Shown here piece by piece: positions 50,219 to 63,660 of a stretch of DNA of 63,904 nt. The translations under genes were made by a program, and so were the position numbers. The stretch is from assembly GCA_028534125.1 (NCBI GenBank), contig CM052845.1, positions 5,146,097-5,210,000 on the forward strand, in the 5' to 3' direction. This stretch comes from Lama glama (taxonomy: Eukaryota). Positions within the stretch are counted from its first letter, which is position 1. Each line of letters begins with the position of its first letter. The notes beneath the pieces were generated by a model. It was given only the letters and a program-made list of their open reading frames with translations, searched no databases and had not been told where the DNA came from.

Positions 50219-50723
50219 TGTTACTCTGTCATGACCATGAATACGTGGCATAGGTCTACTGTTGCTGGAGAATAAGCTCTTGTCTTGAGCAGGAAAGAAT
50301 TCAAGAGCAAGCCATAGTAAAGTGTAAGCAGATTTATTCAGGGAGAGAGACACTCCACAGAGTGTGGGCCAGCTCAGATAGCAAGAGAGGTAGCCCCAAG
50401 GTTTGGGGGTGATTAGTTTTTATGGGCTGGGTAATTTCATGTGCTAATGAGTGGGAAGATTATTTCAACTGTTTGAGGAAAGGGGCAGCGACTTCCAGAA
50501 CTTGGGCCCTGCCCACTTTTTGGCCCAGACACTGTTATGGTGCCTATGGGTGTGTCATGTAGCAGCTGGTATATTACAATGAGTGTAAGATGAGACAAGG
50601 TCTACTGGAAGTCAAATCTTCCACCATCTTGGGCTGAGTTAGTTCTAACCAGTTTATGTCCTATCTTCAATTGCTGTATCATTTTTATAATGGTTGTGCC
50701 CTGTCCCCTTCCCTCCTGTCTCA
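50219..50723 (-). mobile_element. Solo ERV1-type LTR (MER41-like, cetartiodactyl)
   Basis: Minus strand begins TGAGACAGGAGGGAAGGGG, has AATAAA at about 50333-50338 and ends TAACA. Family name is from memory; no TSD seen. Confidence 0.75.
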
Positions 50724-52461
50724 TTAGGAAGAAATAAAGAGATGGTGACTGAAGGAAAATTTCCTGCATGACAAAGGCATCTTATGTACTTCTTTCAGAA
50801 CTGGCTGATAAGAAAGGCCACAGATTTTTAATGCTTTATGAAATGCGTATCAAATGTGGGCCAATGGATGAAGGTCAATCCTTATTTGGAAGGAGGATTA
50901 TGTTCAAAAAAACAATCAGATGTCTTTATCTTTTTGTTAACAAGGCATAAATGTAGAAAAGTCTATGGGGAGATGGATAACAAAGGGGAGACATTTTATG
51001 GTAATTTATTGTATATACTTCATTCTTTTTCCTTTTTATGTTCAATTCCACTCAGGATAGGGCACTAGAGTGTGGGTCCTCTCATCACAAGGCACAAAAG
51101 TGACAGCTAAAGCCTTGTATAATTTTAAAAAATTGCTTTCATAAGACACCCAAGTATTGAGGTTACCTCTACTTTATTTTCTTTTTTAATTAAGCACAAT
51201 GGAAACTCCAGTAATGGGCCACTTCATTCTGTTTCATTAAAGCATGTTAGTCACTGGTCTTCTTACTGGGTCTCATAATGGGAAAGTATTTATTGGCACA
51301 TAGGGGAGAGATTCTTGCTAAGTTGCTAATGACACCGTATGTACCCAAATTTAGATTCTTATTACTCCTGTGGGTCTGCAATATTATAGCCACATTTTCT
51401 ATGCAGTATACAGAAAGGCAATTCTGAATTCATCAATTGCTTGCTATGCAGAAAGACAACTAGTGGGTTTTTCTAGGAAAAATCTTTATGTAGAAAGGAA
51501 TACCTACTACATACTATAAATGGAATGGAAATGGGTTTTTAATATTAAAACTATTTGGGAGAATCAGCAAGCAAGCAGTAGGAAACGCCACGACAACTTA
51601 ATGCATTGTGCTAACACGTTATCTTGCTGGTGCCACTTACATTTCTTTGCTATATAGACTTTAACTCTGCTATAATTAAGCAATTGTGTAGTGCAGTGGA
51701 CTCTGAAATATGAACTTCTCCAACAAAGAGTTTAAGAATAAGTCAAGTATGATTCCTGACTCTTTGCCCAAAGAAGGGAAATGATCGGTTTTGTTCTGGT
51801 AAAGGGACTTTCATCTGTTATAATCCTATATACAAAATAGGCATTCTGTAAATCACTAGCGAAAAATAAGAGTTGTTTCAGATGCCCTGAGCTAATACTG
51901 GAATGAAAACTCTCTTATTTAGTGCCCTAGGAATTACAGGGAAGGGACCCAGGTAATTACTGTAATGGATAACAATGAGGCTTAGAATGAGCCAAGAGAA
52001 AATGCTTACCAAGGCAACCTTTACTTTGATGTGATTATACCCTCCTTTTCAGGTGCTTCCTTTAGGTCATTTAAGTAGATAATTCAATGGACAATGTGGT
52101 TAGATTATGAGGTGTAGCTTGGGGATGTTTGTTTGAACCTGCTATTGTAGAGATGTCTTTATCCTTGATGAGGTTTCCAAACTGTCAACTCAAACTTTTC
52201 TTATCAGTGTACCCATCTGAAATGAAAACAAAGCACCCTTTCACCGATCTGTTGGTGTCTGAACTGTCAGTGTTGAACTGACCTATCTCACATCTTGCCA
52301 AGAAGGACAGATTAGCTATCAGGTGGCCCAGCCTTGAAGATTTCCTCTCTCTTTCAGGCCCTTGGGGCACTTCTCTGGCTTCTGTCTCACTGCACATTGG
52401 GGCACTAATCCCCTCTGAAGCAGATCCACTTAATCCTCTCAAGCCAAAGCTCTTAGTTTTA

Positions 52462-52550
52462 ATTTTTTTTTTAATGGAGGGATTGGGGATTGAACCCAGG
52501 ACCTCGTGCTTGCTAAGCATGTGCTCTACCACTGAGCTATACCCACCCCC
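52462..52550 (-). mobile_element. Vic-1-type SINE with intact A and B boxes
   Basis: TAGCTCAGTGG and GGTTCAATCC on the minus strand with an A tail. Imperfect TSD caaag....tagtttta at 52445-52461 and 52556-52572. Confidence 0.9.
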
Positions 52551-54088
52551 TGCCTCAAAGTCCGTAGTTTTATATCTGCCGGGGTACATGGAGAGGGAGC
52601 AGGCTGCCCTTATTCCTCAAGATCAAACTCCCCCCTCCCACACAGTCACCCTTCTCTTCCTGCCCATGCAGGGTGTGCATGTTATCTACCTCTACCTAAG
52701 ATCCTCAGAGCATAGAAGCAGCTCAGCTCAGCATGCAGAAAGGACGGTGGTCAGAAAACTACCTGATTCTACTGTTAAAGCTCAGAAAATATGGATTCAC
52801 GAGTTCCTATCTTTCGACCGTCATCCCACGTAATTATCTTCCTGGAAAAGAACTGTTCTAGCATAAATTTAGGCCCTGGATGTTTAGTTGATGCAAGCAA
52901 TTTGGAACTGTGGACTAACTGCTATTGGCAAAAACTGCCTAATCTCACTCTCACCAGTCTTGGGGCCTTTATTTCCTTGTTGAGAGCATTTAGGTGTGGC
53001 CATCTGTGATAGCATGACACAAAGGTCCTGTGCTCCAGTCACAACTGACCAAGAAACGATCACACCCAAATATTAAAGCGATCATTCAGAGCTGGCAGCT
53101 CGATCTCCAAAAGAAACGCAGCTCTCAGGGACGACAAAGGAAGTCCAGATGCTTTGTTGAGAGCAAAATAAAAATCAAAGAATTGGAGGTCATCCAAGAG
53201 CCCCACAAGGTCGTGTTGAGACCTCCAAGAGAAGTTGGGAATTGAGGACTTGCTTTAGGGTCATGTCTGGCATAACGGGGGAAAAAATAGGATGAAGGAA
53301 ATTCCCAAACTGTAACATGACCTAGATCCTGCACGAAGTGACTGCTCCATAAAGCTATTGCCAAATGCTATTTTAGTCAAACCCAGCCTCCGCTGGCTTT
53401 CTAACCTGAGAGCACAGCTAGTCTCACCAAGAGCACTTCGGCAGAGTACCAGCTAGAGGCACACCGTGATACTGGCATCATTTAACTAGACTGCTGTTCA
53501 CTGAGTCCTGCAGAGATAGCAGAATGCTATTCATCTTTGTTGATGTTAGTAGCCACTGTCTGTCTAAAAGGGCAGAATAGATCCTGCTGTTAGGCTCTTA
53601 CAAATACAGCCCTGTCCCACTGATGTGTAAACAGATCTCATTCACCTCTATGATTTCATAGGTTTCACTCTTTTTCCCTCAAAAAGCTTAGTCATTGTAG
53701 CCATCAAGAGTCTCTGATCATGTTTGACAGACATCTTAATACACATCCTATCAAGGCAAAGAATGCTAGAAAAACCCATGCTTAAGTAGAAAAGGGGCTA
53801 GGGAAGTGAATAGGTTGAATAGAAAGGAAAGGCTCACAAAGCATTTTAACAGAGATCTTAACCTCCAATGCTGAACATATTTCAAACCGGTTTTCCCACT
53901 GAGTTGATTTCTGCTATTGGAAAATGGGAAACAGAATACCCGCTAAACTACACGTCTGACTAAAACCACACATGACTGATGTCCACAGGAGGGGTTCATT
54001 CAGCATCTAAAGCAACTGCCTGAACTATGGTTTGACTGGCTCCAAGGAAAGAATGACACTGTGGAACTTCAGAAGTATATACACATCT

Positions 54089-54536
54089 CCGATGGTTAAT
54101 TTTACGTGTCAACTTGACTGGGCCATCAGGTGCCCAGATTTGTGGTCAAATGTTCTGTGAGGGTATTTTCAGATAAGATCAACACTGAAATTAGCCAATT
54201 GAGAAAAGGAGATTGCCCTCTATAATGTGGGTGGGCCGTATCCAATCAGTCAAAGGTTTGATCCCAGGTAAGAGAGATTTCTACTGTATGACAGTCTCTG
54301 AACTGGGACATCAGCTCTTCCTGGTTCTACAGCAGCCTGCCAGCCTCTGGACTTGAACTGGGACTTTAGCTGTGCAGATTTTGGCCTTGCTAGCGTCTCT
54401 ACAATAACATGGGCCAATTTATTATAATAAATCTCATTGCATCTGTATGTAGGTATGTGTGTCTAGCTATATACCTATCTTCTATCTTATATATGTAACC
54501 TATTGGTTGTTTCTCTGGAGAACCCTGATGAATACA
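54089..54536. mobile_element. MLT2 (ERVL) solo LTR
   Basis: gatggttaattttacgtgtcaacttgactggg...tctctggagaaccctga..aataca termini. Confidence 0.88.
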
Positions 54537-55117
54537 ATATCTGATTCGAGACTTGGGATCTAGGCTGGCCAGTATCCTCTTAGTGCTGGCAATTCCTTTC
54601 AGCCTTAGACAGAACTCTTACTTAACTGACAACTATGTATTGTAATACAAGTGAAAATAAATAGTATCCACATATTTGATAACAATTTTTTCTCACATTA
54701 GGGGCTGACCATTGTCTGTCTTCAATCAGTAACCCTAAGTTTTAGTCAGCTAAGATTGCAGCTTGACATCCATAGTTTCCTCCAAGCCCAAGTCCAACTG
54801 GGGGTTGTCAGGAAGGTTATTACTATGACCGTCTAAAATTCAGCCAGTGTCTTCTTATTTCTAATATTTCAAATATGTCTAATGATTATCTAAACTATAC
54901 CCAGTAGTGACAGTTCTATTGTCAGTGGCATTTTAGATGACGTATGAGATTTACAGTCCTAACTGAATCAGTGAAAACAATACATTAAAGAGCATGTTAA
55001 AAAAAACAGTCATACTGCAAAGATATACTTCCAGTTACTCTGGTGGGGGTCAAGGGTGGTCACAAACACACTTCCTTAAACCTCTTGCTATTGAATTTGG
55101 GTTGTTTCCTTACATTT

Positions 55118-55815
55118 AAAAAGACTGGAATAGACATTTCATCAAAGAACATAGATGAATGACCAATAAACAAATGAACATTTGCTTAATATCATTAATC
55201 ATTAAGAAAATGCAAATTAAAATTAAAAACCGACATAATTTTAAACGACCAAGTATCGGCAAAGATGTGGAACAACTGGAACTATTACACCTTGTTGGTA
55301 AAAAACTGAACGACCACAGCCCCTTCGGGAAGTTTCTTATCAAGTGAAACACATAATTACTCTACAACCCACCAACCCCCGTCCTTGGTATTTACCCAAA
55401 AGAAATGAAAATCTGTGTCCACACAGAGATCTGTACCCAAATGTTTGCAGTAGCCCCCAGATGGAAACAACCCTGTGACTATCAATCGGGGAAAGGATAA
55501 ACAAACCGTGGCAGATCCACAAAGCGGAGTACTACCTAACAGTAAGACAGAACCAGCTACTGACATACGTGACAACATGGGGAAGTGTCAACGGCATCAC
55601 GCTAAGTGGAAAAAAAGTGTAAGAGGGGTCGCTAGGGGTCAGGGGTGAGGGGAAAGGACTGACTGTAAAAGAGCATGAGGGGAATTTCAGGATTAATGGC
55701 AACGTTTTCCCTCTCGGTCGCACTGGCGTCGACAGCAGTATATGTCTGTCAAAACTCATCAAACCGCACTATCGAAATGGGCGGATTTTATTGTATGTAA
55801 ATAAAAAGCTGACTT
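55118..55815 (+). mobile_element. Old L1 (L1MB/MC-like) 3' end
   Basis: Peptide SLIIKKMQIK...IGKDVEQLELL and 3'UTR tgtcaaaactcatcaaac. Confidence 0.85.
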
Positions 55816-57182
55816 AAAATTAAAGAAAGAAAGTTTACCTACATTTAGGAAGGCGAAGGAATGTATTTATGAGCGAGCATGGCCCTCTCGTCACTGAGAC
55901 TGATGGGTAAGTTCCCTTTCATTGCAGTCCCCTGTACTGTATCTGACACCTGCAGACTACTCAGTACTTGTGGTAGCAACTAAAGCAACAATGGGCTAGT
56001 AAAAAGTGCTTGTTTCAGTGTATTAGTCATGTTAACTAATGTGTTAACCATCCAGATCTGTTTTGAAAATATAACTGCACGTTTGTAGACTTGCTTGATC
56101 AAGCATAACCCTTCACATTGATGTAGAAAAATAAACCCAGCATTTCCTTCCTACTGCCATCCTCTCAAATAAAAAGTGGCGCACATTCCTGAAAAGATGA
56201 CAAATTGCCAACCTACATTATTTCTTTTGCCAGGAGTTTTCCAAGAAGACAACCCAGTTCCAGAGAATAGGCATGCCCTGAATCTCCCACTCTTTAAAGA
56301 TCTAAGAAAAACCAATACATCGCAGCACACCTGAGTGGGCAAGTGGTGAAGGAACCGGCATTTACTACGCATCTATTCTGTGCCATGGAATATCCAAATA
56401 TATTCTTTCATCACTGAACTTTGACAAGGACCAAAAATAAATAGCTTTTTGGTACTTATGTCAGAGAAGTTATGCATTAAGTGACTTGTTCAGAATCACA
56501 CAGCTAGTAAGGGACAGAACCAAGTTAAAACCTACCTCTCTGTGACTCTATTTGATCTTCCCATATGTTCATACCCAGGCAGACGGTCCCTTGGAGATGC
56601 TAACAGTGTAATCTCAGCAATCAAGCAAAGGCTCGGGAGTTTTGAAATGAGCATTCTATCTCCTGCTCTGCCAGATTAATTTGCTACAAAGCCACCCACC
56701 TCTTCAGTGCCATGTTCCTCCCCCTACGTGTAAGGCAACAGTCAAAACACATGTCCCTTGTCACAGAACCACGGTCTCCAAGGATTATTCAACACTTCAT
56801 AGTATGTAAAACTCTTGGGAGAAATATAAGCATATGGTGATCAGTATCAGAATCTCACCAAACCAAAAAAATGCTGGCTACTAAAAGAAAAGAACTGCTG
56901 AGCCAAAAAGTCTGAAACATTTTCCTACATCACTTCTCTTCAAACCATATCTGGGAACGTTCATAATAAATATGCACATTTATGGAATTTACAGTGATAG
57001 CAGTATTTTAAATTACCCCATCACTACTAAAAATCTATTGGTCTGCCTTTCTACACTTTGCACCCATTTTGTTTCTGCTCTGGGAGACTGTTTTCTGTTA
57101 ACTTCTTTAACCGAAATAATGGTCGTGGCATCTCTTTTCATATCGCGGACAAACAAAGCACACACGTTGCAGACGGCATTAC

Positions 57183-57347
57183 CTAGGATGCAGAGGCCGT
57201 CTGTGCAGTTCTCGGACTCTTGGCTTAGACCTTCGCAGAACTTGCCCCCGTTTCTTGGGGGCGGAGCAGTGCATTCTCGGATTCGCAAATGCTCACACTC
57301 AGGACTGCAGACCGACCACTCGCTCCACACTTCCCAGCTCCCATCCA
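57183..57347 (-). CDS. UNC5D: UNC5D exon 7 (165 nt), second TSP1 repeat
   Basis: ttgcag|TG GAT GGG...ATC CTA G|gtaatg. Translates [54 protein letters not shown], with WxxWxxW motif and six Cys. Confidence 0.97.
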
Positions 57348-58069
57348 CTGCAAAGGGAAACAGGAGGAAGCATCATGAGCATGAATCTGGCTGCTCTCAG
57401 GAGACTCACCCCAGGTCTGCTGTTGTTCTTAGAGCTGGATTTTAAAGAAATCACCACTGCCACAAAAACAAAATAATACATCTATTCATCTTCTCTCCAT
57501 GGTTTCTTTCCTAAAGAGAAGGCTAACAAAAGCAGTGGTGTTGTTCTCTTGCTATTTCAGGATGAGACCAATTACTGAATGTGGGCAAGCATTCGAATTA
57601 TCCGTGCCCTTGGGGTGCCTAATAATGTCATTATCCATTCTTCCCCTGTCTTTCATGCCCAAGTGCATCTTAGATGGACAGATAACTATGTGCAGGAACC
57701 ACTGGTAATCACCATTTCCTTGTGGCTTGACAGTTTAGAACAGAGAGTAGAATAAATGCTCTTCAAGTCTTAAAAGGCCCTAAATAATAAAAAGTTAAAC
57801 CCACATATATTGATAGTACTAAACTAAAACAGGTCAGCCAAACCTCAAGGTAGCAGGACTTAAAATAAATAGAATTTCTTGGGTCAGGGAGTTCTGCATG
57901 GAAACGAACCAACTGAATTTAATTCCACTGAAAAACCACCCCAGAGATCATGGCAGCTGTTGGAAGCAATTGTCACATTACCTCCTAGGAATAGTCCAAC
58001 CATGCTCATGCGGGTTATTTAAGATATTGCAATTTGTAATCTAGAGCAACTAGTCAAGAGTAGGGTGAA

Positions 58070-58275
58070 ATAAAAATATGGAACTTGAAGCAAAATGTCT
58101 GAGTCCTTATCTTGCTACTGTCAACTCAACTGACTAAGCACTCAGCCTTACTTGACGATTTCTGCCAGCTTGGGGTAATAAAGCTCACAACACAGAGCTA
58201 AATGATGTTACGTGTGTAGACGTTATCTTGCACAGTACCTGGCACATAGTAAGCACTCAATAAATGTCTACTGAA
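58070..58275 (+). mobile_element. MIR/L2-tail fragment
   Basis: cacagtacctggcacatagtaagcactcaataaatg terminus. Confidence 0.65.
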
Positions 58276-59098
58276 TACGAGTTCAAAGGGAAACTCCGTA
58301 TATGCTGCTGGTGAGAGCCTCGCCTTAGCTTTGGGGGAAACTGGATTGGAAATTTCAAAGACACGAGTCTCTGGTCCAAGAGTCAATGTTGTATCATGCC
58401 TGTGAGAACCAGGAGCAATTTATTTCTCCACGGGAAGCTATGTTTTCCATACAGAAAGTCATCTTCCATCTCATCTACTGCTCACTGTATACACTGGGTT
58501 AGAGCCAGTGCGATGAACTAAAGAGCTCATAAAAGCTGTGTTTGGTAAATGAAACCTCTCTATTCAGGAAGGCAGGCAAACACGGACCATGTATGAAGCA
58601 GAAAGCCGCTGTGACGCCGTACGAGCTCTGCCAATGGGATTGTAAATAAACATAAAGGAAAAACTGACGAGGTGGGTGACTGGTGACTGGTGATGAAAGG
58701 GCCAAGTGTTTGGTACCTGTTTTGTGCCCACGGACAAGCCCCTTAACCCCTGCTATTGTACAAGTCAATGCTACAGAATGGGAGAACCCAAAGAGAGAAG
58801 GGCATGGCTTAGCTCAGTCACACACTGGGAGTATAAAAACATGTCAGTACTTTCTGCTTATTGATGTTAAGTGTCCAGGGTCATCTGAATATTAAGAAAA
58901 AAAAAACACGCCTCCAAACAGAAGTATTTCATGTTCTTGCAATTACAATGAGTTCCGCACTAGCACTCTGGACAAAGGCTCCATTCTCAGGACTTGCGAG
59001 ACGGTGACTTTGGGAAGGCAGGTTATATCGAATGCTTTCACACCAGCTCAACAGTGTTGGCGGATCAGAAGGGAAAAGGGAATCTACGTATATCTCAC

Positions 59099-59266
59099 CG
59101 GGACAGAGAGAAGTGCAGGTTATTTTCTGCACTGACATGCCCTCACAAAAGNNNNNNNNNNNNNNNNNNNNNNNNNNNNNNNNNNNNNNNNNNNNNNNNN
59201 NNNNNNNNNNNNNNNNNNNNNNNNNNNNNNNNNNNNNNNNNNNNNNNNNNNNNNNNNNNNNNNNNN
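59099..59266 (-). CDS. UNC5D: UNC5D exon 6, first TSP1 repeat (5' part hidden in N gap; upper coordinate inferred)
   Basis: Visible 59099-59151 reads FCEGMSVQKITCTSLCP, then G|gtgaga. The acceptor lies in gap 59152-59307; 59266 assumes the orthologous 168-nt length. Confidence 0.9.
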
Positions 59267-60126
59267 NNNNNNNNNNNNNNNNNNNNNNNNNNNNNNNNNN
59301 NNNNNNNGGTTTTTACTGATTGCCTACTATGTGCGAGCCACTTGCCAGGTGTTGTGAGTTAGGCATCCAGGGACCGGGAGCCCAGCGAGGACCCACACCC
59401 GCTGCCCCCTCGTGAGGCAACGGCGGGGCTCACCTCATCTCTGCCCCTCAGTCTGCTCATCTGACATAGGAGGGATGCAGAGAATCTGCTTTGCCAGGGA
59501 ATTAGGAACAACAGGAAGAACACAACAACAGATCTCGGAAGCACTTGGAAATCCGGAGTATGAGAAAATGTAAGTACTTGAATTTCTATTACTTTAAGTG
59601 CTTCTAAAGGAAATCCCAGGGCTCTTCTATTGTGGAAGGGAATTCCTTTACTTAAATAGGTGGGAATTTCATTTACATAATACCTCAGATAGTCAACAAA
59701 TAGTCATGTTTGTTTCTGGTGGATTTTGTGTGCCAGAGGAGGAAGTACAGACAGCACGTCTGGGGAGGATGGGGCTGGATGCTGGGTTTGGGAGGAGTGG
59801 GAAGTGGAAGTTGCCCACCTCAATTCTTTTCCAAGATAAACACAATGGAAGGAAATATACAACTTTTCAAATGATTCTGAAAAGAGACTGGAAATCTCAC
59901 TGACTCTCTCCTGGAAGTCCAGTGTTGGATGAAGGAGCAAACACCTTCATAGCTATAGGGATCTGTGTTCGCCTACCAAATAGGGGAGGCAGGAGAGAGG
60001 GCTGCAGTGGATGGCCCCCAAAGGCCTTTCAGTCATAAACACTGAAAGCTTTAATCAAACACACACCCCTCTGCTTCTCTGCTCCCTGTCCTCTCTATCC
60101 ATTCCTGGCCTTTGGGCTGGTCTTAC

Positions 60127-60307
60127 CGTAAACCACCACTGTGGCTGACAGGCTCCTCCTCTTGGCCACGATGTTGGCTGCCATGCAGGTGTAATTTCCA
60201 GAGTCCGAGAGCCGCGCCTGCCTGATGATGAGATTGTGGTCCGCCCTGGTGTCAATGTTCTCATCTTGTTCAGAGTCAATGGGCTCCTCATTTTTCAGCC
60301 ACTCTAC
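60127..60307 (-). CDS. UNC5D: UNC5D exon 5 (181 nt), C-terminal part of the second Ig domain
   Basis: ctgatag|GTA GAG TGG...GTT TAC G|gtaaga. Translates [60 protein letters not shown]; phase 0 to 1. Confidence 0.97.
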
Positions 60308-62789
60308 CTATCAGAAGAAGAGAATGCTTACAAGTCATTAAAAGAAAATTTCTTTAAAAAGACAAACTTTCCTGGAATTGGAAGATGGGCAGCTAGGGCA
60401 TGTGGGAGAGAGATGTACTAAACGTACAGAGCAACAGCAATGATTTTTAAAAATCTTTATTCCATGTCTCATCCTTTTGACTTTGTCCATTTGGTATACT
60501 CAAGAAATGAATACTCCAAGTTAATAAACTGGAGGCTGGAAAAGAACATAAATATCCTATTGACTTTGACCTACTTTCTAGAAATGCAGTGGAGGAGAGA
60601 AAAGACTGTAATTAGGTCATTTCATTTTCTGTCATCGTACTACAACTCTGATGATGATGGTGATAATTCCATAACTGATCCAAAATGGAGCTCACAAAAA
60701 TTGACACATATGTGTAGAACTTGTACTTTGTACTGAGAGGAAACTGTGTTGGCAGACACGGTTTGAAGTGACTATGTTTCATTTAAATACATTTTGATAA
60801 AGATCTAATAATAGAAAAAGGCCAATGTAGCAAAGATCTGGGCAATCACAGGCACAGAGATAAACTCAGATTTCAGTGTAGTCTGGTTTCGGGGATTTGT
60901 TTCTTTGGTGGTGATCTATGTCACTCCTTCAGTGATTCAGCAGACATTTAGGCTGAATTAGGCGGCTGACGTATTTAAGCCCCAGCCTCCCTTCCAGAGT
61001 TCATTTTCACATCCTCTGAGCATAGACTAGTCCCATCTCTGGTTTGTCTTCTCTAGCTTGCTTCCCTTTTTCCAGTTCTACTCTAATCCTACCCTCAGTC
61101 CAAACTTCTTTCCTTGGATACCTGAGGAAGACACAGATGGGACCACCTGCTCCCTGGACCCTCCTCCTCCTCACAAATGGGGTACATCATCTCTGGCTCC
61201 CCTGTTTAATCAAGCAGAGCAGTATTCCCGGAACAAAATTCCCTCCTTCCCTCTTCTGTCCTCTGCTACCATATCTCAACATTTCCACTCTCTGGTGCCA
61301 TCTTGGTAGCACTAGACACACCTTTTGTTTGACAATTACCATTTAGCTTTAGCTACCAGCATGTGGTATACACAGGAACTTAGCAGACACATCCAAACTG
61401 TAATTTAACACAAAAAGCAACAGCAGTGATTACACCAAAGAGACATCACATGGAAGCACGTGCACCCAGGTTCTCTTCACCATACCCTGCCCACTATTAG
61501 CAAAGATAAATAAAAGTTAGTTTTAGAAGAAAATGCCTCATTTCATGCTTAAATTGAAAGAATTCACATTGATCACCAATAATCAAATGACACCTGTTAT
61601 TTGATTTACCAATTTTGTTTAATAAATATTTTTGGCTTCTAATAAAAAGGATTTATGTATCAGAAGAAAATCTATAACTAAACTTCAATATTTATCCCAA
61701 GTATCATCCCCATTATGAGAATACAGAATACCAAAGTCATCAGCCATCCAAAATCTATCCTGGAAGAGGTCAATTTCAGAAAAGAAGATGGTGCCAAAAG
61801 AGCCAAAAAAAGAGATTCAAGAACTGCTTTAAAACATAAAGAGCTGACAAAGTGACATGGGGCAGGACCACAAGGTAAAGAAGCAAGCTGGATTTCAAAC
61901 CCCAGGAGTTCCTCAAGGCATCACCACGTGCCAGCCTGGAGGTGGAAAAGCTCACCCTGACCCAGAGCCCAAAAGCCCTACTCTGTTTACCACTGCAGGC
62001 AGGGGAAGCAATTTTAAAACACATCCGACCAGCAGTCCATGACAAAATATCCTTCTCTCCTCACTCATACTGCATGTGTTCCAGCTACTCATTCATTCAT
62101 TCATCTGACAAATAACCAAATCTTTAATGGACATCAGCGGTTGTCCTGAGAGTTGGGTAAAGTGAGATACACAAAATCGGCATAGCCTCTTCTTTCATGG
62201 ATCCTACACGGAAAGCGTAAGATGGAAATAAAGAAGTAAATCCATGTCACCAATGGAAAACAAGAGCTGGGCGTCACACTGTCACCAACATCTGGGATGA
62301 AACACTGACGGTGAAGCCAATAGGTTTTAAAAACCACTGTCACAGCTGTGTCACTGGAAAGACGAAACTGGTCATCTTAAAGCAGGTCTAGGGAGCTTTT
62401 GTTCCAAGCCACTCTCCTGGTACAGACATCCTGAGTGTAAATGACCTGGTTTCCTGATTGTTAATTTCCAGCTCCAGCTATTTCTAGCTCCTACAGGGCT
62501 GTCCCCTCCTGTCTCTACCTCAAGTCTTTCTCCATATTTCCCCCCAAACAGCTGGTCAGGAAGTTGGGAAAGTCTGGCTGGGGTCCGTAAGTCAATTATT
62601 TCTAGCGAGGAAACAACCAGAAAGAGCCCTGGCGGCAGTGCCTCTGGAAACGGAAACCAAAGGAGTCTCAGCACCTGGAAATCAAAGAAAGCTTTCCTGA
62701 ACCAATCTTGGCGCAGGGGAAATGAAAGCCACGATCACCAAGCAAGGGCTTGGCTTCAAACTGAAAGCTTACATAAAAATAAATCACCC

Positions 62790-63050
62790 ACAAAATTCAG
62801 GAGTCAACAAACTAGGAAAATACTTGCCACAAATTTGATAGACAAAAGGGTAATAATACGATGATCTGGGGGAGTAACGTGAATAACTCAAGCTCTCATT
62901 TAAGTCGATGATAAAATCCCATCCAAGATAATACGGAAAAAACCACATGGCAGTTAAACAACTGAACAAATATTCTATGCCACTAATAACAAAGTTGAAT
63001 ATAACGAAATTTTTCCTACCAAAATAGCGGATTAAAATTACACAAACACA
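62790..63050 (+). mobile_element. Old L1 ORF2 fragment
   Basis: aactaggaaaatacttgcca...gacaaaagggtaata...cactaataacaaag. Confidence 0.55.
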
Positions 63051-63119
63051 GAGACACACACTACGCATGTACACACACGCATAGTATTTTCTTGTGGTTC
63101 ATTTTTTGCTTCATCCACA

Positions 63120-63660
63120 GAGTACAAGACATTTCTGCTACTGCTGCTCTACCATTATTTCCTTCCTGGGGCGTCAGCAGTAGCCTCTCGACTAGCTGGG
63201 CTGTCGGATGCTTCTCTTCCTGCCACTACAGTCGATTCTCCACAAGCGGATCACACTGTATCCATTCCTAGGTCAAAATCCTTCAACAGCCTTGACTCTC
63301 AGAACAAAATGTAAAGTCCTTACCAAGGCTAACACAGCCCTCCTTGGTCTGGTGCCCAAATAATTTCCCACCTTAGATTCCCCAAGTAACCCCTGTGCAC
63401 TCTACTCCAGCCCTACTGGACTCCTTCCTGTTCTAGAAAGCTCAAAGCAGGTTTCAACCTCAGGGCCTTAACATCTGCTGATTCCTCCACCCAGAAGGCC
63501 TTTCCCACAGATATCTCTGTGGCTCAACCCTACTTTTCATTCAAGTCTCTAATCAAATCTAAACCTTCTTTGGGAGGTCTTGTCTGAAAATCCTTTCCAA
63601 TATAACAAGGCCCCTTCACTCCCCGACCTGCTTTCATTTTCTTCCTAACAGTATCTCCAT
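63120..63660 (+). mobile_element. L2 LINE fragment
   Basis: ctcagaacaaaatgtaaagtcctta...cctcagggcct...ttcattcaagtctct pattern. Confidence 0.75.

Noticed and set aside
52474-52550. tRNA-Ala-like sequence with A and B boxes
   Set aside because: The A tail, flanking direct repeats and two sister copies identify it as a SINE, not a tRNA gene.
57013-57182. ORF extension of exon 7 into the intron as an alternative terminal exon for a secreted form
   Set aside because: A good donor follows exon 7, the read-through peptide is unremarkable and nothing in the sequence supports its use.
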